Shown: positions 1-10,042, counted from the first letter of the stretch. The stretch is DNA of 64,000 bases from an uncultured Pseudomonadota bacterium (GCA_949289935.1 CASEQD010000005.1:2655-66654), one strand, 5' to 3'. A program made the numbers and translations. Notes: a model not told the origin generated them from the sequence alone.

Positions 1-1285
1 GGTTGTTTTTGGGCGTATTTTCAATCAGTTTTATTTTGCAATAAGCAGCCAGCTCCCGCACGTCGTCAATCACATATGTCGGGCAGTGAGTCGGAATAAA
101 GACGGGACGTTGTCCCAGCAGATTGTTTAATGCCTCATAGTCGCCGAAAAAGCCGTGGCCGTATCCTTGGAGTTCCGGATAATCATCAACCGTTGCAAAC
201 GGAATATTTCTGAGATTTAGCTGTCCCTTCAACGGATTAAAAAATGTCTTGGCCGTAATAATGCCATAGCTGTTTTGCCTGTTTGCGGAAAAGACTTCGG
301 GAATATGGTTAAAAGTGCCGATAACGACATAGTTGTTTTCAAGCGCGTCAATTTCTTCCCGGTTATGCGAATAAGAAACCTCTATTTTTCCCTGCGCCAT
401 TTTTTCAAAAGAAATGCCGTACTCAATAATCATTTTCAAATAATTGAAAAAATCCGAATTTCCGTAAAACACCACATTTTTTCTAAGTTTGAGCGCTGCC
501 AGAAAAGCGGTAATGTACATTTCCGGATGCGTCGGATAAACCGGCAGAAATATTTTTTGTTTGCGGCTTTTTTTTATAAGACGAACCAGTTGCTCAAAAG
601 TCTCGGTTTCTCTGACGGCAAAACCATCGGCATAAATACCGCAAAAATCGGCAACCACGGCGTCAATTTCCGCGGCGCGTTCTTTCAGTCGGCGCAGGTT
701 TGTCGGCTTGCGAAAGTAAGTTGTCTGGTCGAGCTTCATGTCGCCGCTGTGATATACAACGGCATTGGGTGATTTTATAATAAAACCGAAACTGTCAAAA
801 CATGTATGGGAAGAAGCCAAAACCTCTATTTCCAGAGAACCTTTTTTAACAAAGTTTCCGTCTTCGATAACATTAAATTTCGGCCACAAATCCTGCCCGA
901 TTTGAAAATCTTTCAGCAGGTCGTACAAAATCATGAAAGTATATTTCCCGGCATACAGAGGCGGAAGTCTGTATCCTGCTTTCAGATAATGGACGATGCC
1001 GTTTAAATGGTCGGGATGTGAATGGGTTAAAAAAAGCGCCTGAGGAGGATTCTTTCTGTCGGATAAAATATCCCGGATATCGGGAACGGCCGCTGCAGAA
1101 TTTCTGATACCCAAAGCCTGATGGTTGTCAAATTTTCCCAAATCAACCAAAACCGATGTTGTCGACAATTTTTTGCCTTGCCGCGCAACATCGGTATAAC
1201 AATAACAATGTCCGCTGATTTGGTCGGCATTATTTCCGCCCAACGGCTGCCAATACAGCCCGCTTTTTTTCAGTGCATCATTCAT
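1..1285 (-). CDS. MBL-fold metallo-hydrolase (RNase J / beta-CASP-like); C-terminus runs off the window start
   Basis: Not in the ORF track because it is open to the window edge. Hand translation of the minus strand from the ATG at 1285..1283 gives MNDALKKSGLYWQPLGG...ALFLTHSHPDHLNGIVHYLKAG, which carries the HxHxDH motif. The frame stays open to base 1. The + strand ORFs 275..772 and 806..1006 look like antisense shadows. Confidence 0.75.
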   Translation of the reverse strand, partial: MNDALKKSGLYWQPLGGNNADQISGHCYCYTDVARQGKKLSTTSVLVDLGKFDNHQALGIRNSAAAVPDIRDILSDRKNPPQALFLTHSHPDHLNGIVHYLKAGYRLPPLYAGKYTFMILYDLLKDFQIGQDLWPKFNVIEDGNFVKKGSLEIEVLASSHTCFDSFGFIIKSPNAVVYHSGDMKLDQTTYFRKPTNLRRLKERAAEIDAVVADFCGIYADGFAVRETETFEQLVRLIKKSRKQKIFLPVYPTHPEMYITAFLAALKLRKNVVFYGNSDFFNYLKMIIEYGISFEKMAQGKIEVSYSHNREEIDALENNYVVIGTFNHIPEVFSANRQNSYGIITAKTFFNPLKGQLNLRNIPFATVDDYPELQGYGHGFFGDYEALNNLLGQRPVFIPTHCPTYVIDDVRELAAYCKIKLIENTPKNN

Positions 1286-1325
1286 AGCAGCCGGTCAAAC
1301 AGGCATCCTCCTTGCTGACAGATGC

Positions 1326-2009
1326 TTAATTAAGCTTCCCCTGCCGGTACTCGGCCAGCTTCTGCTCGCGCCATTGTTTGGCCGCCTGAGCTGTTTTGCT
1401 TTTTTCTGAATGTAAAGCCGCGGCCTGAGGCTTCGGTGCCGGCCGGATATTGGCCAAAGCCAGTGAAGCATTCTGTTTTTTGACTTTTTCATAAGCCACA
1501 ACCAGCTTTTTCTTGTAACGCAAAGCCTTTTTCCGCACATTGGAATGATAAGCCATTGCCGCTTTAAACCAGTCGTTTCCCTTTGCCTTGTACAGACGCT
1601 TCAAAAACTTGGCGCCGTATTCCACGTTTTTATACGGATCCAAAGCTTCTTCCACCGAGGCAAAATGATGCCCGTGAAATTTCAGATTAATCTGCATACA
1701 GCCGACATCAATGCTTTTAACGCCTTTAGCCTGTAGTTCCTTAACGGCTCTGACCGCCTCCGCCTTTGTTTTGAAAAAGCGTCCTTTGCCTTGGGCGTTA
1801 ATAGTCCACGGCCAGCCCAGCGTCTGTTTCTTTTCTTTATTCCAGCGGCCTGTCTCAACATTGGAAATCGTTGTTAACAAATGTTCCTTAATCTGATATT
1901 CCTGCTCATATTTCAACGCGGCATTTCTGCAGACAAGAGCATCGTCCATATAAGAATAAGTTCTAGCCTCGGCCGGCTGAAACAGCATCAGCAATAATAA
2001 AAATAACAT
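1326..2009 (-). CDS. lytic transglycosylase (SLT domain), secreted
   Basis: 227 aa with an N-terminal hydrophobic signal (MLFLLLLMLFQPAEA). Carries SNVETG (catalytic Glu), GCMQIN and AYHS motifs typical of SLT family transglycosylases. Confidence 0.8.
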   Translation of the reverse strand: MLFLLLLMLFQPAEARTYSYMDDALVCRNAALKYEQEYQIKEHLLTTISNVETGRWNKEKKQTLGWPWTINAQGKGRFFKTKAEAVRAVKELQAKGVKSIDVGCMQINLKFHGHHFASVEEALDPYKNVEYGAKFLKRLYKAKGNDWFKAAMAYHSNVRKKALRYKKKLVVAYEKVKKQNASLALANIRPAPKPQAAALHSEKSKTAQAAKQWREQKLAEYRQGKLN

Positions 2010-2259
2010 TAAAACGTTTGATACGAAATCGCATCCCTCTCAAGCTTCAAGACAGCCACAAAAATCCCTCGGTAAAATCTTACAAATTTCATTTTGCTTA
2101 ACGGCTTAATCTCGTCAAATAGCAAGATTCATAAATCTTGAAGCGGTCTCCATTTCAGCTGCAAACACACTCTTAAATCCAAAGTTCGCAGCCGGTTCAA
2201 ACCAATTTTAAGGTTAAAAATTAACCAATTATTAACAAAACAAAAGACTTATAACATAT

Positions 2260-3177
2260 TTATTTTCTAAAATCCAGCAAAAATTTTGCAAAAGCCTCGG
2301 CTGAACGGCACAAATCAAGGCTAGTCTTTTGAAAAGCTTTATTTTTTTTATGCACATTTTCATCCATATACAGGGCTCTGTTCATCTCCAGCTGCATGGT
2401 GTAAATCTTTTTTCGCGGCTGGCAATAGTTAAAAGTAATAAAAGCGCCGGAATAGGGGCAGTTCATTGAAATTTTATATCCGCCGGATTCCAGCGAATTT
2501 TTCATAAAATCGCTCATCTCTGCCGGACAGCTTTGGTCAAACAGCGTACCGAGACAAAAATCAATCGGCTTGTCTTCCTGCATGACGGAACAGATTCTTG
2601 ACGGCATGGAATGGCAGTCCAAAACAAAACAAAATCCGAATTTTTTCAAAATCCGGTCAATAAGCTGCTGCAAACGCTTGTGATAGACGTCATAGACGCA
2701 GCTGATGCGCTCCTGAACTTCGTTATAATCAAGCAAACCGTCATAAATATTCTGCCGCTGGGCGTTAATCCTGTGCACCACGCCCAACCCCACCCGGCAG
2801 CGGATGCCGTTTTGGATGTCGTTTCCGGCAGGATAGTTATAATACATTTGCGGGTCGATTTCGATTTTGTCGCGGTTGACGTCGATAAACGCCCGTGAAA
2901 TATTCATGCCGATAAGCGGAATTCCTTTATCGGAAGCCGGCCGGACAAGCTCGTCGACAAAACTGTCTTCATTGCTGCGCAGCTCGTTCAAAGGCATGGA
3001 AACCGCGTTCAAAAATTCTTCGGGAAAAACTTGCCCGCTGTGGGGAGAAGACAAAACCAGCGGATAAAGAATATCTTTGGTATTATATTCTTCAAAAATT
3101 TTTATTTTAGTATAATCGACTTTGAAATCGAAATTTTTTTCTGCCAATTTTTTGCCTTTCCTTGCAGATATCATCAA
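2260..3177 (-). CDS. N-formylglutamate amidohydrolase family protein
   Basis: 305 aa. The motifs SSPHSG, DVNRD and LDCHSMP match the FGase (HutG-like) zinc hydrolase family pattern. Confidence 0.75.
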   Translation of the reverse strand: MMISARKGKKLAEKNFDFKVDYTKIKIFEEYNTKDILYPLVLSSPHSGQVFPEEFLNAVSMPLNELRSNEDSFVDELVRPASDKGIPLIGMNISRAFIDVNRDKIEIDPQMYYNYPAGNDIQNGIRCRVGLGVVHRINAQRQNIYDGLLDYNEVQERISCVYDVYHKRLQQLIDRILKKFGFCFVLDCHSMPSRICSVMQEDKPIDFCLGTLFDQSCPAEMSDFMKNSLESGGYKISMNCPYSGAFITFNYCQPRKKIYTMQLEMNRALYMDENVHKKNKAFQKTSLDLCRSAEAFAKFLLDFRK

Positions 3178-3307
3178 AAGCGGAACTTAGTATACAAAAA
3201 AAAGATTAACTTTTCAATAACGCATTTGTTGAAACAAAAGGCCTGAATATAATCTTAAAAAAGTCAATACAAAAATTGACAAAATAAGCGATATCGGAAT
3301 TTAAAGC

Positions 3308-3331
3308 AAAAAAAAATCCTGCAAAGCAGGA
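3308..3331 (-). terminator. rho-independent terminator downstream of tRNA-Val
   Basis: Stem TCCTGC/GCAGGA (3317-3322 / 3326-3331). A-run on the + strand at 3308-3316 is a U-run on the minus-strand transcript. Confidence 0.6.
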
Positions 3332-3342
3332 ATTCATAAAAC

Positions 3343-3419
<77 letters not shown>

Positions 3420-3560
3420 TTAAAACAAAAAACACTATATTGGTTTTTCCGTGAAATGCAAGCATTTTTTTTATAAAAATGAAAAAAATACGGCAGCCTT
3501 TACTTTTTGAGGAAAAGATGCTAATAAAAAAACAGTTTTTTATTATTAAAAGAGTTTATT

Positions 3561-4109
3561 ATGGAAAATAACAAAACAAAAGTATTAAGCCGTCGCTACC
3601 TTTTCAATGAGCCGTGGCTGACTGTGCGTGATGAAAAAATCGAACTTTCCAACGGAAAAATCATTCCGCACTATTATGTGCAGGAATATCCCGATTGGGT
3701 AAACACGCTGGCTGTAACCAAAGACAAAAAGTTTGTCATGGTGAGGCAATACCGTCATGCAATCGGACGGGAAAATTATGAGTTTTGCGGTGGTTGTGTG
3801 GAAAAGGGGGAAAGCCCCGTTTCGGCGGCGCAGCGGGAACTGCTTGAAGAAACCGGTTACGGAAAAGGCCGCTGGCGCCTGAATCTGCGCTTGTCATCCA
3901 ATCCCAGTACCAACACCAACTGGGTGTACAGCTTCATTGCGGAAGATGTCGAGCTTGTTTCAACGCCACATTTGGATGATGGTGAAGATTTAAGTTGTCA
4001 TTTGCTGACGTTGGAAGAAATTAAATCTTTGTTGGCCTCGGACGGAATTATCCAGTCTGTCCACGCCTGTGCCTTGTGGAAATTTATGGCGGAACGGCAT
4101 CTTTTATAA
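3561..4109 (+). CDS. NUDIX hydrolase (ADP-ribose pyrophosphatase-like)
   Basis: 182 aa. Nudix box GGCVEKGESPVSAAQRELLEETGY matches GX5EX7REUXEEXGU. Confidence 0.85.
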   Translation: MENNKTKVLSRRYLFNEPWLTVRDEKIELSNGKIIPHYYVQEYPDWVNTLAVTKDKKFVMVRQYRHAIGRENYEFCGGCVEKGESPVSAAQRELLEETGYGKGRWRLNLRLSSNPSTNTNWVYSFIAEDVELVSTPHLDDGEDLSCHLLTLEEIKSLLASDGIIQSVHACALWKFMAERHLL

Positions 4110-4206
4110 GCTTTTTGAGCTGGCATTGATGAGCTTTGTTTTCCGAACGCATTTTTTGTTCTGCTCTTAAGGCTGGCGCGCTTAACTTACCCGGCGCGTT
4201 TAAAAG

Positions 4207-4228
4207 CTTCCCGTAAAGGAAGTTTTTT
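4207..4228 (+). terminator. rho-independent terminator after the NUDIX gene
   Basis: CTTCC-gtaaa-GGAAG hairpin followed by TTTTTT. Confidence 0.55.
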
Positions 4229-4305
4229 ACAAAACTATTGACAAAATTTCGAAATTATTTATAATGAATGCGTTAACATTATTATTAATTTAAATTTATA
4301 TCATT

Positions 4306-5226
4306 ATGAAAAGTATTATTTTAATTTCGGGAGCAGTTATCTTTCTGGTGATTCTGTTCTTTGCAATGGGTTATCTGAAGAAACTGCGCAAAGCTTTTGA
4401 CCACGCCGATGTGAAAAACTTCAGCGGATCGGATGCCGAACGGATTGTGAATGCCTACCGGACGGAAGATGGTTATCTCAAACGGCGGACAAGAGTCTGG
4501 CTGTTAACAATTGCGTTGGAAGCGGCGGTTGTGCTGACGACATTCGGAAGCGTCTATTATCTGGCCAACAAAGACCGTTGGACGACTGAAAGAGAATTGA
4601 CGCAGGCTCAGAAACAGGAAGAACAGTTAAAAGCCTTGCTGGCTGAAAAACAGGCTCTGGCGGAAGGCGTTCCCCTGAAAATCTTTCGTTACAAGCAAAA
4701 GAGGCTGAAAAAAGCGCAGGAAAAAGTTGATGAAGCTTTGGCAGATTACCGGAAAGCTGAAAAGAAACTGGCTGAGGCTCAAAAACAAAATGCGGAGAAT
4801 GACAAACTTCTGAAAAAAGCAGATTCTCTGCTGGCTCAGAAAAATGACGTCAGCAAATCTCAGGCTGTTTCTTTGAAAAATAAACTGGAGAACATCGCTT
4901 ATGCCGATATCCCGGCTTTGCAAAAAGAATTTGCCGAGGCTGAAAATGTGTTGAATGCTGCCAGAAAAAACGTGGAAATCATAAACAACATGTCGGTTGA
5001 TGAGCTGGAAAGGCAAAAAAAAGATGAAAAACAATGGTGTAAAAAAACAGATTCTACCGCACCTATTATGCTTTTATTGTCGTATGTTATCTTGTTGTCA
5101 CTCATGTTGCTCTCACCATACTCTTTTTGGAAAAAGTATGGTAAATATATTGAGTATATATGTTTACTTTCAGTATTTCTGGCTCTCCTTTGGTATCCAT
5201 TTTTATACTACTTAGATTGGCTCTAA
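4306..5226 (+). CDS. hypothetical membrane-anchored coiled-coil protein
   Basis: 306 aa. N-terminal TM segment (IILISGAVIFLVILFF), a long K/E/Q/A-rich central region and C-terminal hydrophobic segments. No recognisable catalytic motif. Confidence 0.6.
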   Translation: MKSIILISGAVIFLVILFFAMGYLKKLRKAFDHADVKNFSGSDAERIVNAYRTEDGYLKRRTRVWLLTIALEAAVVLTTFGSVYYLANKDRWTTERELTQAQKQEEQLKALLAEKQALAEGVPLKIFRYKQKRLKKAQEKVDEALADYRKAEKKLAEAQKQNAENDKLLKKADSLLAQKNDVSKSQAVSLKNKLENIAYADIPALQKEFAEAENVLNAARKNVEIINNMSVDELERQKKDEKQWCKKTDSTAPIMLLLSYVILLSLMLLSPYSFWKKYGKYIEYICLLSVFLALLWYPFLYYLDWL

Positions 5227-5231
5227 ATTAA

Positions 5232-5264
5232 TATCCCGGAAATTGTCAATGCAATTTCCGGGAT
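5232..5264. terminator. bidirectional hairpin between convergent genes
   Basis: TATCCCGGAAATTG / CAATTTCCGGGATA, a 14-bp perfect inverted repeat with a 5-nt loop. It lies between the 3' ends of 4306..5226(+) and 5307..5834(-). Confidence 0.6.
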
Positions 5265-5306
5265 AACGTTTCTGAACGCTGATTTGCAAAATCTGAAACG
5301 ATTCTT

Positions 5307-5834
5307 TTATCTGCCCTTTGAGTTCAAATGATTGTATAGATTTTGCAAATTTTCCGCCGCATCTCGTTTTCCGCCTTTTTTCTTATGGGCGGCAATATTC
5401 TCGTTATAATGTTTAGCGCGGCGGGTTGTCGCATGAGGAATCGATACTTCCTCGGAGGTAATGGCATCAATGTTTTGCCGATGGGTTGCTTCGCTGTCTG
5501 CGCGGAGCAGGGCTGCAAATTTATTGCCCGGATTGTGCGGATTTTTCTTTTCTTCCATATTGCCGACATGGGCAAAATATTCGCACAAAGCATTATGCAG
5601 CTTTTGAGCTTCTTTTCCGTCTTCCGCATTCAAAATATCGGCATAGCCCTCAGTTTGCGACAGGGTTTTAACATGAAATTCTGCTTCACGATTGATGGCT
5701 CGTTGCAAATTTCCCGGCAGAGCGGAAAATTCGCTCTCTTTTTTGTGATCTGAATAATAAAGATTTTTGCTGGCAATAAGCTTTGCTTTTTCGGCATCCA
5801 TTTTGAAGACAGATTGTTCTTTCTGATTTTCCAT
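5307..5834 (-). CDS. hypothetical protein
   Basis: 175-aa hydrophilic ORF, the longest in its region. An AAGGGGAGAA-like purine tract lies upstream of the ATG. No family recognised. Confidence 0.5.
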   Translation of the reverse strand: MENQKEQSVFKMDAEKAKLIASKNLYYSDHKKESEFSALPGNLQRAINREAEFHVKTLSQTEGYADILNAEDGKEAQKLHNALCEYFAHVGNMEEKKNPHNPGNKFAALLRADSEATHRQNIDAITSEEVSIPHATTRRAKHYNENIAAHKKKGGKRDAAENLQNLYNHLNSKGR

Positions 5835-6241
5835 AAGTTTTCTCCCCTTAATTTCTTAATAACTGAATTATATCAGATTTGTAAAATTTTGTCAAATATA
5901 TAAATTTTTTTCAGGGAAAAACTAAAAAATGAGCGAAACAAAGCTGTTGAGCCTGTTTCGCCGGATCCGGAAAACATTTTTTTTTGAAGTTAATTTGTTG
6001 ACAGTCCTGGATTTTTATGCCGGAATTGAAAAAGAACATCCGAAAAATAATGCAAAATAAATGATAATGTTTAATTTGTTCATTTTTTATCTCCTTTGTT
6101 CTTGTTTTGTTCTGATATGGACATTATGTTCGGATAAAATTAAAAGTCAAGCGAAAATGTTCTTGTTTTGTTCTTTTTTTTCTTTCTTTCTTGCAAAACG
6201 CCGGACAATGGCTTAATATCGGCAATTGAAAGGAAATATTA

Positions 6242-7030
6242 ATGAAAATAGGCATTTTTGATTCCGGATTGGGCGGACTGGTTATAACCAAAACTTTTAT
6301 AAACATCCTTCCTGAATATGATTATTTATATTTGGGCGATACGGCGCATTTGCCTTACGGCGAAAAAACTTCGGGGCGGATTCTGAAATATACGCTCGAT
6401 TCGGTAAAATACCTTGCAGAGCAAAATTGCCGCCTGATTATCATTGCCTGCAACACGGCAACCTCTGTTGCACTGCGTTATATCCAGCAAAAATTTGCGC
6501 CGCTCTGCATGCCGGGCGTCAAAGTGCTCGGAGTCGTTATTCCGACGGCCGAAACGGCAGTTTCCGCCGGCGCAAAACGCATCGGGGTTATAGCCACTTC
6601 GGCCACGGTTGCATCGCATATTTATGCGGCGGAACTGCAAAAACTCGATTCGTCCGTTGTGGTAAAGGAGGTGGCGGCGCCGCAGCTGGTGCCGTTGATA
6701 GAAGCCGGAAATTTTCAAAATATGAATAATGTTCTGAAAGATTATTTATCCGCTTTTCCGGAGATGGACAGTCTGATTTTGGGTTGTACGCACTATCCTC
6801 TGATTAAGGAAAACTGCCGGCGTCTGCTCTCGGATTCGGTAAAAGTCATTTCGCAGGATGAATTAATGGGAAAAAAATTGGCGGATTATCTGCGCCGTCA
6901 TCCCGAAATCGAGTCGGATTTAACCCATAACTGTTCCCGTCGTTTTTGTGTAACAAAAATCAACCCGGAAGCATCCCGGATTGCCGCCCGCCTAATTCCG
7001 GATATTTTTATGGAAGAAGTCGTTTTTTAA
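6242..7030 (+). CDS. murI: glutamate racemase
   Basis: IGIFDSGLGGL, IIACNTAT and LGCTHYP motifs, including the two catalytic Cys contexts. Confidence 0.9.
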   Translation: MKIGIFDSGLGGLVITKTFINILPEYDYLYLGDTAHLPYGEKTSGRILKYTLDSVKYLAEQNCRLIIIACNTATSVALRYIQQKFAPLCMPGVKVLGVVIPTAETAVSAGAKRIGVIATSATVASHIYAAELQKLDSSVVVKEVAAPQLVPLIEAGNFQNMNNVLKDYLSAFPEMDSLILGCTHYPLIKENCRRLLSDSVKVISQDELMGKKLADYLRRHPEIESDLTHNCSRRFCVTKINPEASRIAARLIPDIFMEEVVF

Positions 7031-7632
7031 TATGAACGGCCTTTAATTTTTTGTATTAACTGAGCCGTCGAAAGTTTTTGCATATCTCTTGCCGTAACGG
7101 TATTGGCGGCAGAATTCTCCTTTGCAGCAGAATGAGACGCGTTTTTATTGGATTTTTTAATGTTTTTCGACAAAAGCTCATAGGAGGACGGCGCAAAAGA
7201 GTCATTAAGAGAGACATAAATAGCTGAGGAATAAAATTTTATTTTGGCCTTTAGTTTTTCGGATAATTTCATTTTTCTCCCTTCTTTGCAGGCTTTTTCA
7301 TAACTTTCTTTATAATAGGGATTAGACAACAGGGAATGTTTATGACTTATCTGTCTCCGTTTTTCTTTGGCTGTCGCAAATCCGTAAGATACAGCATTTC
7401 GAAATCTCAACAATTTTGCTTTCAGGGTTAAAGAATGTCCGCTTTCCCTGCGCCATTTTTTCAAGGCAGCTTGAAAACCGGAAGATAAATGTTTTCTGTT
7501 GGAAACAATCAAATATCCGGCGATTAGCCCGCCGGCTCCGGCAATCATAGCGCCGCCCAACATTCCGCCGGAATAAATAGCTGCTTCTTTTACGGCTTTT
7601 GCTGCTTGAATAACCTGTTTCTTTTGGTCCAT
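7027..7632 (-). CDS. hypothetical membrane protein (glycine-zipper-like segment)
   Basis: The ORF is open from 7755, but I chose the internal start MDQKKQV at 7632 because the longer form overlaps the pgpA 3' end. Contains GGMLGGAMIAGAGGLIAGYLIV. Confidence 0.5.
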   Translation of the reverse strand: MDQKKQVIQAAKAVKEAAIYSGGMLGGAMIAGAGGLIAGYLIVSNRKHLSSGFQAALKKWRRESGHSLTLKAKLLRFRNAVSYGFATAKEKRRQISHKHSLLSNPYYKESYEKACKEGRKMKLSEKLKAKIKFYSSAIYVSLNDSFAPSSYELLSKNIKKSNKNASHSAAKENSAANTVTARDMQKLSTAQLIQKIKGRSY

Positions 7633-7687
7633 TTTTCTTACTCCATGATATATAATATATATTATTATATCATAATAGACAAATAAA

Positions 7688-8155
7688 TCAACAAAAAAAC
7701 AGATAAACAAAATACAAAACGATTGCCGCCAGAATACCGGCGCATACATCGTCAAGCATCACGCCCCAGGCATTATGAACGCGGGAATCAAAAAATTTGA
7801 CCGGCCCCATTTTGCAAATATCAAAAAAACGAAACAAAACAAAACCGAGAACATAAACTCTCCAATCGGCAAGCGCGGGCCAGACCAGCGTAAAACTCAG
7901 GCATTGCCCCACAACTTCGTCAATTACCACGACGGACGGATCTTTATCCTCTCTTGTTCGGATAATTTGCTGTGTTGCCCACACGCCTGCAAAAAACAAC
8001 ACAACCGCCGTCGCCAGCATAACAGTCGGAGAACCATATGCGGCCAATAACCAAACCAGAGGCAAAGCGCCGAGAGAGCCGAATGTCCCGGAGGCTTTGG
8101 GCGAAAAACCCAGCCCAAACCACGAAGCCGTCAGATTAACTATAACATTTTTCAT
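7688..8155 (-). CDS. pgpA: phosphatidylglycerophosphatase A
   Basis: WFGLGFSPKASGTFGSLGALP, VVIDEVVGQ and FRFFDI motifs. I chose start MKNVIV at 8155, just downstream of the gpsA stop at 8163. Confidence 0.8.
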   Translation of the reverse strand: MKNVIVNLTASWFGLGFSPKASGTFGSLGALPLVWLLAAYGSPTVMLATAVVLFFAGVWATQQIIRTREDKDPSVVVIDEVVGQCLSFTLVWPALADWRVYVLGFVLFRFFDICKMGPVKFFDSRVHNAWGVMLDDVCAGILAAIVLYFVYLFFC

Positions 8156-8162
8156 TTGTTTC

Positions 8163-9143
8163 TTACAACCAGTCTTCAAATTCCTGTTTGACATCGCGGG
8201 TAAACATACCCCGAATGGTCGATTTGATATCCGCTTTGTCATAAATCACTTTATACAGAGCCTGACAGATTGGCATATCAATATTCTCTTTATCGGCAAT
8301 CAGCTTAACCGCCTTAAGCGTGGGAACGCCTTCCGCCAGTTTGCCGAAATCTTCGCCGCGGGCGAATTTCTCGCCGAAAGTCCGGTTATGGCTGTACTTG
8401 GAAAACAAAGTTGCTTCATAATCACCGAGATGAGCCAGCCCGTAAGCCGTACGGGGATTTCCGCCGAAATGCTGGATAAAACGGCCGACCTCAATCGGTG
8501 CGCGTGCCATTAAAGCGCCTTTTAGTCCGTACCATTCCAAACCATCAAGAATTCCGGCCGCCAGCCCGATAACATTTTTGAGCGCCGCACCGATCTGGTT
8601 GCCGATAAGATCAGCGCCGTAATAAAAACGGATGAGCTCGCTGGAAAGCATTTTGATAACCCGCTCTTTTGTTTCGTCTTCATCAGAATCAACCACCACG
8701 CAGGATGGAACCCCTTTGGTATAATCCTGAACATGTCCCGGCCCGGCCAAAACGGCAATGTGAATATTTTGTTTGACTTCCTCGCGCATAATCTGATGCA
8801 TATATTTGGCAGAAGGCTCTTCCAGACCTTTCATTGCCAGCAGAAAAGTTTTGCCGGCCAGATTATATTGGGCAAGTTCCCGACATAAACCGCGAAAATA
8901 CTGACAGCCGATGGAAATAATGACAAAATCGTTTTTCAGCACGGCGGGCAGATTGTCAAACAACTGCATGTTGTTCTCCAGCGACAAATAAGAATTTTTG
9001 CGGCTGTCTCTGAGCTCAATAAAGTTGGGAGATGTCGGAATGTCATACATATCGATGTCAAATCCGCAATATTTTGAAGCATACCAGCCCAGAAAAGTTC
9101 CCCAGCGTCCGCACCCGATAAGCGATATTTTTTTCATGTTCAA
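8163..9143 (-). CDS. gpsA: NAD(P)H-dependent glycerol-3-phosphate dehydrogenase
   Basis: 326 aa. N-terminal Rossmann motif KISLIGCGRWGT and overall GpsA-like layout. Forms a gpsA-pgpA operon arrangement. Confidence 0.8.
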   Translation of the reverse strand: MNMKKISLIGCGRWGTFLGWYASKYCGFDIDMYDIPTSPNFIELRDSRKNSYLSLENNMQLFDNLPAVLKNDFVIISIGCQYFRGLCRELAQYNLAGKTFLLAMKGLEEPSAKYMHQIMREEVKQNIHIAVLAGPGHVQDYTKGVPSCVVVDSDEDETKERVIKMLSSELIRFYYGADLIGNQIGAALKNVIGLAAGILDGLEWYGLKGALMARAPIEVGRFIQHFGGNPRTAYGLAHLGDYEATLFSKYSHNRTFGEKFARGEDFGKLAEGVPTLKAVKLIADKENIDMPICQALYKVIYDKADIKSTIRGMFTRDVKQEFEDWL

Positions 9144-9234
9144 ACCTTCCGCAAATAAAACACATACCTCTTTAATAGCTTATTTATGCAAAAAAAGCAA
9201 TCATGCAATACGTGGCTATGCATAATATAAAGAA

Positions 9235-9636
9235 TTAGGCGGAAATTTTGTCTTTTTTCAAATGCTGGCGCCCGACAATGGCATTGATATGGTCAAATTC
9301 TTCAAAAGAATGATAAGCATAGTCGAAGCTTTTTTTGTCATAGTCGTAAAAAACCTTGTGAGCCATTGTCTCAATGGCATTGTCAATTTTTTTAAATGCT
9401 TCGTTATAATCCGAATTAAAATTGTTTTTGGTTTTTTTGCGCACAATATCATGATAGGCGGCAATAACCTTTGCTGTCTCGTCGGCAGAATTTGCATACC
9501 CCTTTGCCTCAAAATCGTGCATGATTTGGGCGGTAGTCTGATAAAAACATTTATTGGTTAAAATGCTTCTTTGTTTCTTATTGCTTCCGTCAATAACCAT
9601 GATATCCAAACCACAATGTTGACTTCTGATTTCCAT
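9235..9636 (-). CDS. hypothetical protein
   Basis: 133-aa ORF with no recognisable motif. Confidence 0.4.
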   Translation of the reverse strand: MEIRSQHCGLDIMVIDGSNKKQRSILTNKCFYQTTAQIMHDFEAKGYANSADETAKVIAAYHDIVRKKTKNNFNSDYNEAFKKIDNAIETMAHKVFYDYDKKSFDYAYHSFEEFDHINAIVGRQHLKKDKISA

Positions 9637-9724
9637 TTAACATACAAAAAAACAATTTTCAAGTTTTTTATAAGCTTTACCCGCCGTATATCGTATATTC
9701 CCGGCCGCTTAAACAAAATTTAAG

Positions 9725-10042
9725 CTAATCGACGATTTCGGCTTCATAAGCATTAACGATTTCCGTATCGTCTTCGTTTTCGGTCCGGCTCAGTTCGCAC
9801 ACCAGAAGTTTGTCGGCTTCCGCCAGACTGTCAAAAATATCGCTGCCGATATCGCTGAGCTCAATAATATCTTCGTCGTTGCGGTAAAGAACGGCGGTTC
9901 CTTCGGCCGGAGACATGCTGAACGACGGATGATTGGGTTCTCCTTCTCTTTCATAAAGCAGAAGCATAACCTCGTCTTCGTCATTGACAACAAAGTCAAA
10001 AGTTTCAAAATCTTCCTTTTCTGTCATATCTTCGTCAGTCAT
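9725..10042 (-). CDS. hypothetical highly acidic small protein
   Basis: 105 aa, very D/E rich (MTDEDMTEKEDFETFDFVVNDEDE...). GGAGAAAT lies upstream of the start. Confidence 0.5.
   Translation of the reverse strand: MTDEDMTEKEDFETFDFVVNDEDEVMLLLYEREGEPNHPSFSMSPAEGTAVLYRNDEDIIELSDIGSDIFDSLAEADKLLVCELSRTENEDDTEIVNAYEAEIVD

Noticed and set aside
275-1006. + strand ORFs 275..772 and 806..1006
   Set aside because: They lie antisense to the much longer open minus-strand frame encoding the HSHPDH MBL-fold protein. Their translations are low-complexity, F/K/R-rich and motif-free.
2208-2235. CtrA-box-like TTAA-N7-TTAA (2221-2235) and palindrome GGTTAA-AAA-TTAACC (2212-2226) upstream of the SLT gene
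   Set aside because: The region is very AT-rich and contains four TTAA within 28 bp, so a chance TTAA-N7-TTAA is likely. There is no supporting context.
5929-6060. 43-codon + strand ORF MSETKLLSLFRRIRKTFFFEVNLL... in the murI upstream gap
   Set aside because: It has no RBS and no recognisable features. It overlaps the better-supported, though still speculative, minus-strand mini-ORF.
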